NCBI GenBank assembly: GCA_029262755.1
Contig: JAJCYU010000427.1
Span: 1 to 42,938, forward strand
Source: Anaerolineae bacterium
GTDB lineage: Bacteria > Chloroflexota > Anaerolineae > Epilineales > Epilineaceae
Length of the DNA: 42,938 nucleotides
Direction of reading: 5' to 3'
The position numbers and the translations under genes were made by a program. Below the pieces are notes generated by a model. It worked only from the letters and a program-made list of their open reading frames with translations. It was not told the DNA's origin and did not search any database. Positions 8,701 through 15,974 of this stretch are shown here, piece after piece (the first letter of the stretch is position 1; each line of letters starts with the position of its first letter).

Positions 8701-10754
8701 AGAAAATAGTTAATGATACTCTTAACTGGTATATGCAGAGAGATTCAGGACTGGTAAGGGAAGCTGTAGCTGCTAAGTATGAGGTGCCATTTGCAGAGCT
8801 GCGGCGCTTAGGCGATGTATTTACTAAAGCTGAGACTTCTCAGTTCTCTAGTATATCTACTCTTAAATACGCGGATGATGTAGTACAGAATCCTTACGCG
8901 GATTTTATTAAGACAGCATTAGGTATTAGAAAGTATAGTGACTACCCATTCTTAGTAGAGCCTAATAAGTTCGTAGATCACGCGTTTACTAAGATGTACT
9001 CTAAACTGGATGCAGCCGTACATAATGCTAAGACACCAGCAGAGCTTGCAGCTACTAATAAGATTCTACAGGAGAGCGGGTATAAAGGCGCTGCCTATGA
9101 TGAGAGTATGGCGCTATTCGCTAACCAGCAAGCCCGCAAAGGAGAGCTAACTAATATAGTGCAGAAGGCTAACAGCTTACTAGCTACAGTCATTCTACGC
9201 TGGGATCCTCTTAACGCCATTAATAATGCAGTCAGTGCTAATGTGCTACTAGGTGCAGAGACTGCCGCTGTGATGAGAGCTATAAATAAGGGGGATGATG
9301 CAGCTATAGGAGCGCTATCTAAGCTGACTCGTATGCAGGTGCCAGGCTCTGATAAGACAGTTATGACTGCTGGCAAGATGATAGGTAACGCCATGAAGCG
9401 CTTCGGAACTAATACTCCTGAGATGGAGTTCTACCGTAAGCATGGATACATCACTTCTATCTCTGATCAGTATAAGAAAGCACTAGATGATCTAGCATTT
9501 AACCCTGCTGAGAGCATAGGCGCATTTAACACTAGAGTAGATAAAGTACATGAGACACTTAGAGCTGTAGGAAATACAGGGGAGAAGTGGACAGGTAACA
9601 GATTAGCGGAAGAGTTTAACCGCTTCGTAGCCGCCGATGTTATGAAACAGATGACGGATATAGCAGTGAAGAATAAGCTAATGTCAGCACAAGAACAGCT
9701 AGCTTATATTAACACATTCGTTAATAGGACTCAAGGTAACTACCTAGCAGCTCAGAGACCTATGATGTTTCAGGGGCCGATCGGGCAAGCTATTGGTTTA
9801 TTCCAGACCTATCAGTTTAACTTAATGCAACAGCTATTCCGTCATATAGGTGAAGGCACAGTAAAAGATTCTATGAGCTTACTGGCGCTGCAAGGTACAA
9901 TCCATGGAATGAATGGACTGCCTGCATTCAATGCGGTTAATACTCATATCGTAGGTACTGCCTCTGGTAATGAGAGCCATAAAGATCTGTATGATACAGT
10001 GTACGGCGCGGCAGGTAAGTCTGCTGGTGACTGGCTTATGTATGGTATAGGATCTAATGCGTTAGGATTACTGCATCCAGATCTTAAAACTAACTTATAC
10101 ACTCGCGGTGATATTAATCCAAGACATATTACTATTGTACCTACCGATCCATCACAGGTAGCTATAGTACAAGCTAGTGCTAAGTTCTTTGCTAACTTGT
10201 TTGAGGTCGCAGGTAAGATAGGAGGAGGCGGTGATATAGGTGCTACCATACTTCAAGGACTAGAACATAACGGAGTATCAAGACCTCTAGCTGGATTAGC
10301 TCAGACACTAGAGGCATTAGAGAATCCACTAGGTAGGAGCTATAGTACAAGTAAGCAAGGAAATGTTATAGCGTCTAATGATCTTCTGACTCTAGCTAAT
10401 CTGACTCGCATAGTAGGAGGCAAGCCATTCGATGAAGCTATAGCTCTCGATGCTTCTTTCAGGTTTAAGACTTATGGCCTCACTGATGCTAGAAAGCGAC
10501 GACGTCTAGGTGAGACTATGAAGACTACTATGATTGCAGGAGAGAAGCCTACCTCTGAGCAGATACAGAAGTTCGCAGAGGAGTATGTAGCAGCAGGAGG
10601 TAAGCAGGAGCAGTTTAATCAGTGGTTTATACAACAGTATAAGACAGCTAACCTGAGTCAGACTAATAAGATTAGTCAGGATCTGAATCACCCGTTTAGT
10701 CAGAGCATGCAAAGATTAATGGGAGGTAATGAGATGAGGGATTTTACTGAATAA
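5766..10754 (+). CDS. Large internal virion/DNA ejection protein
   Basis: 1662 aa Ala-rich; last gene of late arm; C-terminal FVNRTQGNY...LFQTYQFNLMQQLF segment of the kind seen in large podoviral ejection proteins. Confidence 0.65.
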   Translation: MAARTAYEEAILQEFGEEDTGERGAVVIPSYMVAADTHNIANRNQTFAESVAETIQNTPKFIGLSIISGANQLYNIPANLGNLFGADIETAGPEEFIASLDSDLARYYEENQDNVDLVGFLASSWIPGMAGIKALNAGQQVLKGALQANRFGANTSKALGLLVPDKQINLAKALRAVANNDSVPSLINRNVLAATGKGLTQATYEAAAFEIFVATSMSSSPIMENQDLGDLVTNIAWGAGLFGVVSGGASSIKNYYATKTVAKLADRETSPWRFVSETPSKANPYEAVAINLDQLDTIPAVPKGGIAVGTDNTLIDAATLEGYARAKVVKIENSIREQVGKMAQGDEVVAEAIYSASKGSTPKERMATFMGLKGAIRVADKTPIERELAAASKAVASGTEDSLLAVDRLLDIDVAYTRLWGAGAGKVLDSAPKTTSITDLLKKGQKVAVDKKGVAAGTKSWKFDPKASWSVLHSDPLTTDARYIWAENLDPFRTPSTKSPIIIDEFDIPMMEKAIREFDPRIKIRAEDGSLATYSDKSAMFERLTQAKQEAGVHLADARTQAERLKKVSKAKKASAKKAQEEANVQLSQDEIESMVNVKTGYLSGTRTQSAADDVLARQSYAEEYTKKLVANGSRKAEAGRVNLTDVPQTVKLAYDKKDLTGLGEGHVIENVVRIKQQQKIYMQGTDRAFNSVIGEEARNFGPISAQMIQESSNRIGAGAGGATAASSNYGSLAAFTEYLGKTTIRTIEKAQEATREALDPVLYKLGQNAEAAVEYATLSNLLRSIPDNYVLNKAGDAMVPRSVQLWEEAAELATATGKAIPDRPQLVASDAPAAIAIKHKETRELIKLEQEINGAAIDKYRQLRTAQGVSYTRDGGAYYPIPVNPKDYKHFALVSDSSITGTGHTKTLYATSAEELAEMAKKLDNNPQLTVRFKAEAEEFYKARGQFEYEKTLSDNYLDAAMYRKGISSSYLVPTDPKKIVNDTLNWYMQRDSGLVREAVAAKYEVPFAELRRLGDVFTKAETSQFSSISTLKYADDVVQNPYADFIKTALGIRKYSDYPFLVEPNKFVDHAFTKMYSKLDAAVHNAKTPAELAATNKILQESGYKGAAYDESMALFANQQARKGELTNIVQKANSLLATVILRWDPLNAINNAVSANVLLGAETAAVMRAINKGDDAAIGALSKLTRMQVPGSDKTVMTAGKMIGNAMKRFGTNTPEMEFYRKHGYITSISDQYKKALDDLAFNPAESIGAFNTRVDKVHETLRAVGNTGEKWTGNRLAEEFNRFVAADVMKQMTDIAVKNKLMSAQEQLAYINTFVNRTQGNYLAAQRPMMFQGPIGQAIGLFQTYQFNLMQQLFRHIGEGTVKDSMSLLALQGTIHGMNGLPAFNAVNTHIVGTASGNESHKDLYDTVYGAAGKSAGDWLMYGIGSNALGLLHPDLKTNLYTRGDINPRHITIVPTDPSQVAIVQASAKFFANLFEVAGKIGGGGDIGATILQGLEHNGVSRPLAGLAQTLEALENPLGRSYSTSKQGNVIASNDLLTLANLTRIVGGKPFDEAIALDASFRFKTYGLTDARKRRRLGETMKTTMIAGEKPTSEQIQKFAEEYVAAGGKQEQFNQWFIQQYKTANLSQTNKISQDLNHPFSQSMQRLMGGNEMRDFTE

Positions 10755-10798
10755 GATAGGAAGAGAGGAAGGAATGATGTAGCGGATAAGATAGGAGT

Positions 10799-10833
10799 CT
10801 CCCTTATAGCTTGTATAGTATAAGGGAGTTTTT
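10799..10833 (+). terminator. Intrinsic terminator between the convergent arms
   Basis: ctcccttata / tataagggag 10-bp stem followed by a T5 run. Confidence 0.8.
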
Positions 10834-10853
10834 ATTGGCTGGAGATATAGTGG

Positions 10854-11168
10854 CTACCCTTTTTCTAACGCTGCCGTAACTGTGTGTGCCAAGTGCAGAG
10901 CTATTTTATTTGATAGCATGTCCACAACTCGCATCGCGTTTTTCTGCTTTGGCCTCCATCTTATCATCTCCATAGAAGCTTGCGCAGGCTCTAGTAGCCT
11001 TATATGCTCAGGAGGTACTAAGTCTTTAAGACAGTCCATGTCATTAGTATCTAATACCATCATAGAAGTTACAGAGGTTTTTAAGCTAGGTAACTCTACT
11101 ACTACACGGACACTTGCACCTTTCCAGTCAGTTATAGGGTACTCAACAAGCTGCTCTTTAAAGCTCAT
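10854..11168 (-). CDS. Hypothetical protein
   Basis: ORF with GGAG RBS in the minus-strand operon. Confidence 0.7.
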   Translation of the reverse strand: MSFKEQLVEYPITDWKGASVRVVVELPSLKTSVTSMMVLDTNDMDCLKDLVPPEHIRLLEPAQASMEMIRWRPKQKNAMRVVDMLSNKIALHLAHTVTAALEKG

Positions 11169-11170
11169 AG

Positions 11171-11428
11171 CTAACTCTCCTCTTCTTCTGGCATATCGTT
11201 ATATGGTATACTTTCTTTCTCTGCAAACCATAGAGGGATAAATACAGCGCACTCCTCTTCTCCCTGTGAGCCTGAGATTACTTCTGTCTCCTTAGCTAAC
11301 AGAGATTTAGGTATCCACACCTTCCCTCTCCTTTCTATCTCCACCAGTACGGCCGCCTCTGTCTGGTGAATAAAAACCCCCTCCACGTACACTACTCTTC
11401 TTCCTTCCTCTCTACTTAATGTAGTCAT
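11171..11428 (-). CDS. Small phage protein (TEAAVLV...VWIPKS type)
   Basis: HQTEAAVLVE...VWIPKSL...FIPLWFAEK pattern recalled from small phage proteins. Confidence 0.65.
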   Translation of the reverse strand: MTTLSREEGRRVVYVEGVFIHQTEAAVLVEIERRGKVWIPKSLLAKETEVISGSQGEEECAVFIPLWFAEKESIPYNDMPEEEES

Positions 11429-11430
11429 AC

Positions 11431-11991
11431 CTATCTAGCTCCTATGTTTTCTTCTGTGATTACATCTACCATAGCTATTACAGCGTGCTCTAGGTCTTTA
11501 AGTGAGAAGCAGTTAATTAGACTGTAATCCTCTACTAGCTTCTTAACTCCTGCCTCACTAGCATGACTAGCAGCTTCACCTTCTAATCCGCCGCGCCCTT
11601 CTATATGCACTAGAACTCCATGCTTCCTTACAAATGCAGCCTCATTCTCAAACCTTACATCAGAGATAACTGTATAAGGCCACATATATTTCTTAGCTGC
11701 TGTCACCCAGATATCTGGATGGATTATATTTCTGCCCCACTCAGTACCTAGCGTCTGCATAATGTGTCTAGGAGTGCAGCCGTATCTGTGATCTACTACC
11801 TCCTTCATGTTTCCGTCAGTTTGTGCTAAGGTAAGTCCTAGCCCTGTTCTGCACATCTCTTTAATAGGAGCAGCGAATGACTGACTCTCGAACCGTTTAA
11901 AGTTCTTAAGTATAAAGGCTGTGGCAGTATCTTTACCACAGCCAGCTGGGCCTGCTAACCCTATAATGAACGGGGGGTTGCTATCAGACAT
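11431..11991 (-). CDS. Deoxynucleoside monophosphate kinase
   Basis: IIGLAGPAGCGKDT P-loop; FAAPIK; PRHIMQTLGTEWGR; ISDVRFENE; SHASE. Confidence 0.92.
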   Translation of the reverse strand: MSDSNPPFIIGLAGPAGCGKDTATAFILKNFKRFESQSFAAPIKEMCRTGLGLTLAQTDGNMKEVVDHRYGCTPRHIMQTLGTEWGRNIIHPDIWVTAAKKYMWPYTVISDVRFENEAAFVRKHGVLVHIEGRGGLEGEAASHASEAGVKKLVEDYSLINCFSLKDLEHAVIAMVDVITEENIGAR

Positions 11992-12682
11992 TGTGATCTC
12001 CTCCTAGAGTAGCTTTAAAGGCCGCAACTGCTACAGGAGCCACTGTCTCAGCTAGCTCTAGTAATGCTGCTGCATACTGCTGAATCTCCCACTGTGCGTG
12101 CTTATGTAGGCGCTCACCTATAAACTTAAATAAGTTATTAAGGTTCACGGTAGCAAACATGTGTGTATAGGTAGCTAGAGGAAGCACAGTACGAGCAAGC
12201 TCACGTGGAACGCCCCCTGCTAGTAACTCTTTATACGCCTTGAATGCTTGGATGTTGCGCAAAGTCATCACCTTCCGGTAGTGTTCTGCGTTAGCTAACT
12301 GATTACTGTTCATATCTCTCATCTGCTTATTATCTTTGCTCTGTGTACCTATATGCGCAATCGCAGGTACATAGAATTCTTCTGGTAACTCTTTATACCG
12401 GGCACTCACTTCATTGTAACTCCAAGTACGATGGCGATGCCACTGACGGATTACAAAGATAGGAGCTTTAACTTCAAATGTAAAGGTTACAGATTCAAAC
12501 GGTGTATTGTGTCCATTGTTATACAGGTACTTTATAAGCCTAGCATCACTGCCTTTGTCTTCTCCTGCTCTCCACGCTGCATCATAAGAGACACGGGCGT
12601 TTCTTGCTATAGCTAGGTCACTTCCCATAGAGTCTACTAGCCTCACGAATCCGTGATCTAGCACTGGTATCTTATCAGACAT
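11984..12682 (-). CDS. thyX: Flavin-dependent thymidylate synthase
   Basis: ARVSY, HNTPFE and the RQWHRHRTWSYNEVSARY signature (RHRx7SxR). Confidence 0.97.
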   Translation of the reverse strand: MSDKIPVLDHGFVRLVDSMGSDLAIARNARVSYDAAWRAGEDKGSDARLIKYLYNNGHNTPFESVTFTFEVKAPIFVIRQWHRHRTWSYNEVSARYKELPEEFYVPAIAHIGTQSKDNKQMRDMNSNQLANAEHYRKVMTLRNIQAFKAYKELLAGGVPRELARTVLPLATYTHMFATVNLNNLFKFIGERLHKHAQWEIQQYAAALLELAETVAPVAVAAFKATLGGDHNV

Positions 12683-12696
12683 ATCTACTTCTCCTA

Positions 12697-12972
12697 TTAG
12701 TTTGCTATAATCGGGCCGCTACTACTAAGTATTAGTGGCAGCCTCTTCTCCATTAGCTTCTTCACCAGCAATCCACATAGTCTATCCAGATCGCTAGGAA
12801 GGTAGTCTCCGTGTAGAGCTATACCACAGTACCCTGCTATCTCTGCAAGCTGTATCTCATACTCTCCAGCAGGGTGATTAGCTAACAGCTTCATAAGATC
12901 TGGGTGCTTCTGTACTTCTAGGTTCAATTGCACCTTATCCTCATGGAACATCTCAATCTTTAAGTTTCCCAT
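12697..12972 (-). CDS. Hypothetical protein
   Basis: ORF with AGGAG RBS. Confidence 0.75.
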   Translation of the reverse strand: MGNLKIEMFHEDKVQLNLEVQKHPDLMKLLANHPAGEYEIQLAEIAGYCGIALHGDYLPSDLDRLCGLLVKKLMEKRLPLILSSSGPIIAN

Positions 12973-13000
12973 AGTGTTACTCCTAGACGGCTGCTATCTG

Positions 13001-13690
13001 CTATCTGCTATCTGCTATAGCGTGCCGTAACGCACACTCTAATATATCAGTCTGTGTATGGCAGTCATCTAATGCACTGTGAGATGTAGTTATACCTAAC
13101 TCCTTGCGTATCTCAGATTTATCGTAACCTAAGCCTATGATCAAATCCTGCATGTTATGCACAGCACGGAAGCCCCAAGGAAGAACTACATCTGCATCTG
13201 GATGAAAAGAGTAGCTTGAGTAATAGTAACGCTGCAAGATTGAAATATCAAATTCTGTATGGTTAGATATAACATGTACATCTCCTATAGATTGTTCTTT
13301 AATTTCTTTAAAATAATCATCCACTAAACTCAATAAGGCTGTTACTGTATCAAACCCTATAGCCTTATCTTCAATTAAATGCTTCTTCTCTGTAGCAGAT
13401 AACCCACCTTCTGGCTGTGAGTTTCTCCACCTTAAAGTACCTGTGTGTAAAACGCCTCTGGCAGAGTCTAAGTGCATATCTAAGAATTCAGGTTCTGTTG
13501 CTGCATACAGGTCATATACATCCTGCTTAACTAAACCTCCTGTATCTTCGTCTATATCAAATCTAAATGCGTGCATACCAAGTGAAGTTATACCTGCATT
13601 ATACGCATTGACTGAGGTTGTTTCCAAGTCAGTCATTACAAATGTCTTACCCGTCCACCAATCTAAATTTCTCATAATCCTAATCTCCAT
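13001..13690 (-). CDS. DEDDh-family 3'-5' exonuclease
   Basis: ExoI DLETT, ExoII NHTEFD, ExoIII HSALDDC. Confidence 0.85.
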   Translation of the reverse strand: MEIRIMRNLDWWTGKTFVMTDLETTSVNAYNAGITSLGMHAFRFDIDEDTGGLVKQDVYDLYAATEPEFLDMHLDSARGVLHTGTLRWRNSQPEGGLSATEKKHLIEDKAIGFDTVTALLSLVDDYFKEIKEQSIGDVHVISNHTEFDISILQRYYYSSYSFHPDADVVLPWGFRAVHNMQDLIIGLGYDKSEIRKELGITTSHSALDDCHTQTDILECALRHAIADSR

Positions 13691-13941
13691 GAGTATGTTA
13701 TACCGAATTCTACTGCTTCACTTCCTCTATCCCTATCACGTGAGCCGTCACTGTTATCATCTACTACCCACATATTGTTCCTATACCTAGATGTATGGCT
13801 ACCGCGTAGGGTGAAGCTGATACTCTCAGTGTAGGTATAGATTAGTGCTATCTCCTCTGTAGCCATATCTTTCTGACACAGCTCACTTATCGGCCTGCAC
13901 GTACCGAGGAAGAAAGATGTAGCTAGTACTAGATTACTCAT
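13672..13941 (-). CDS. Hypothetical protein
   Basis: ORF fills the operon gap and is ATGA-coupled to the upstream small ORF. Confidence 0.5.
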   Translation of the reverse strand: MSNLVLATSFFLGTCRPISELCQKDMATEEIALIYTYTESISFTLRGSHTSRYRNNMWVVDDNSDGSRDRDRGSEAVEFGITYSWRLGL

Positions 13942-14084
13942 AGCCCCGCCCTTGTTAGTATCTGTATCACTTCATATGCTAGCCACACACCAGCGATGCC
14001 AGCTATTAGCTGTAACAATAGTATGCTCCAGATTATTAGTATTAATAAATCTTCATGGTATTTACCTGTACCTTTTGTGCTCAT
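13938..14084 (-). CDS. Small 48-aa membrane protein (not in ORF track)
   Basis: MSTKGTGKYHEDLLILIIWSILLLQLIAGIAGVWLAYEVIQILTRAGL; ATGA overlaps at both ends; AAGGAG upstream. Confidence 0.65.
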   Translation of the reverse strand: MSTKGTGKYHEDLLILIIWSILLLQLIAGIAGVWLAYEVIQILTRAGL

Positions 14085-14542
14085 AACTTAGCTCTCCTTA
14101 GATCAGCTTTTATAGATGCTATCTCGCTATCCAGCATCCTATGCAGCTCTTCTTCCCACCCTGTCTTTACTGCGCTTATATCCAGAGGGTGAGCAGTAAG
14201 ATGTAGGTTACGAGAGACAGTAGGTTTATATATTCTCTCTAAGCAGTTAGTACTTTCTACCTCCCCTATGTTAATAGTTAGCCGTACATCAGTGAGCTTT
14301 TGTTCTGTATGTTCTACGTAGCTAGCTACTTTATTACCCATACCCTGCATAATGCGCGGCTCTTTAGTATATCCTACAGACTTAAACAGTGACTCCATAG
14401 CTTTACGGATATCATCTACGTGCATAGTTATAGCTTCTTCCTTATCACATATAGGGCAGTACCAGTTACTAAGGTGTGCGCTACGTCCGCCTACGCACTC
14501 CAAATCTATGTTATGCTTTTTACATCTTAGTTCGCTGCTCAT
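14081..14542 (-). CDS. Hypothetical protein with N-terminal CxxH...CxxC zinc ribbon
   Basis: CKKH...WYCPICD. Confidence 0.7.
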   Translation of the reverse strand: MSSELRCKKHNIDLECVGGRSAHLSNWYCPICDKEEAITMHVDDIRKAMESLFKSVGYTKEPRIMQGMGNKVASYVEHTEQKLTDVRLTINIGEVESTNCLERIYKPTVSRNLHLTAHPLDISAVKTGWEEELHRMLDSEIASIKADLRRAKL

Positions 14543-14544
14543 AA

Positions 14545-15837
14545 TTATAATAACTCCCGTTCTGCGTCTGTAAGTATAGTCCAGTCTACAGCGCCATCTA
14601 TCCCTTCACCTATCCGCTTCTTTATAGGCAGGTATCCGGCACCTCCTTCTACATACTGTATCTTCTCTGCTATTAGCAGGTTACCTATTATATCTGATAG
14701 CTGATCTCTTCTTTCCAGATCTGCATGTACGCTTTTCCATATAGCTTGAAATGTAAGTACAGTATGTGTAGATTCAAATAGCATCATAATCTTATGTGTC
14801 ACATCTGAGTTTCTAGCTTTACCAAACTCTCCTAAAGCCTTTGGCATAAGAGCCTCAGTAAATGTGAGAATGGTATTAGCATAAATTATATCTTCTGGTA
14901 TAATCTCTTTACTTAATCTGACAGCGGCGGCTAGCATACATAGCTTAATCAGATGCTGTAACCTCCTGTTCTCATATGCGTCAAATCTAGGATCTTCTAG
15001 GCCGGGCCAGTTTTTATATATCTTATCTAGCACCTTATAAGCATCCGGGTGGATAGAGAGCTTCCCACGAACCGCTACCTTAATAGCATGTAGCTGTTCT
15101 ATCAGCTTAGCTTTTATACCTGCATCTGGATCAGGAGGTATAGTGTGCTTAACTCCAGTAGGTTCAGCGTATATGAATAGTAACCGGGAGAAGAATCCTT
15201 GCTCTATAGCTTCTGGCGGGAATAGCTTATTGAATCCAGCAAAGGTGTTACCGCCTAAGATATTAATGGTAGGGTAAGGGATAACTACGCTCTCTGAATT
15301 CTTTAGCTTATATTTAAATGGTTTATCTCTATCCCAGAAGTCACCTAGTATAGACATAAACTCCAGATTACCTACACCTATGAAGTTATTAATCTCATCC
15401 GCCGCTACGAAACACTCAGCAGGCGGAAGGGAAGAAGTATCAGCCGCTCCGAATATATTAGATTCTAGTATATCCTCATCATCCCCGCCACCTGTCACTG
15501 ACTCTGCTAGATCTATCAGGAACTTCTCCTGTCTAGTCTTATCCGCCGCAAAGTGAGAGTAACCGGCAGCCTCTAGTAACTCTACACCTATCTTAATACT
15601 GGTAGATTTCTTAGTGCCAGCTAATCCTACTAACATAGTATACATATTAGCGTGGATTTTAAAGTGACCGAATGGAAAGTGTATGTCTCTACCTACCCAT
15701 GCAGCTAAGCAAGCTATCCCTACCCAGCGGTGGAAGAAGGTAGGGCACTCTGTATTAGCTGTATAGGATAGATATAAGGAGAAGAAGTCCTCACCAGAAG
15801 TGGCAGGGAGTTCTGTAACTTTACTGCTCTCTGGCAT
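14545..15837 (-). CDS. DUF3987/YfjI-type AAA+ helicase lacking a primase domain
   Basis: LVGLAGTKKSTS Walker A variant; FVAADE Walker B; INILGG sensor; GFFSRLLF Arg finger; next to the polymerase. Confidence 0.75.
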   Translation of the reverse strand: MPESSKVTELPATSGEDFFSLYLSYTANTECPTFFHRWVGIACLAAWVGRDIHFPFGHFKIHANMYTMLVGLAGTKKSTSIKIGVELLEAAGYSHFAADKTRQEKFLIDLAESVTGGGDDEDILESNIFGAADTSSLPPAECFVAADEINNFIGVGNLEFMSILGDFWDRDKPFKYKLKNSESVVIPYPTINILGGNTFAGFNKLFPPEAIEQGFFSRLLFIYAEPTGVKHTIPPDPDAGIKAKLIEQLHAIKVAVRGKLSIHPDAYKVLDKIYKNWPGLEDPRFDAYENRRLQHLIKLCMLAAAVRLSKEIIPEDIIYANTILTFTEALMPKALGEFGKARNSDVTHKIMMLFESTHTVLTFQAIWKSVHADLERRDQLSDIIGNLLIAEKIQYVEGGAGYLPIKKRIGEGIDGAVDWTILTDAERELL

Positions 15838-15974
15838 AATGTTATTATTAGTCCTTACCTTTACCGAAGAAAAATGCGTTATAGATAGCTAGTGCATGAG
15901 AGTTGTGGCGCAGCTCACTATAAGGAACAGGTCTAGCCTTAAGTATAGCTATCATCTTTCTAATATAGCTCATA

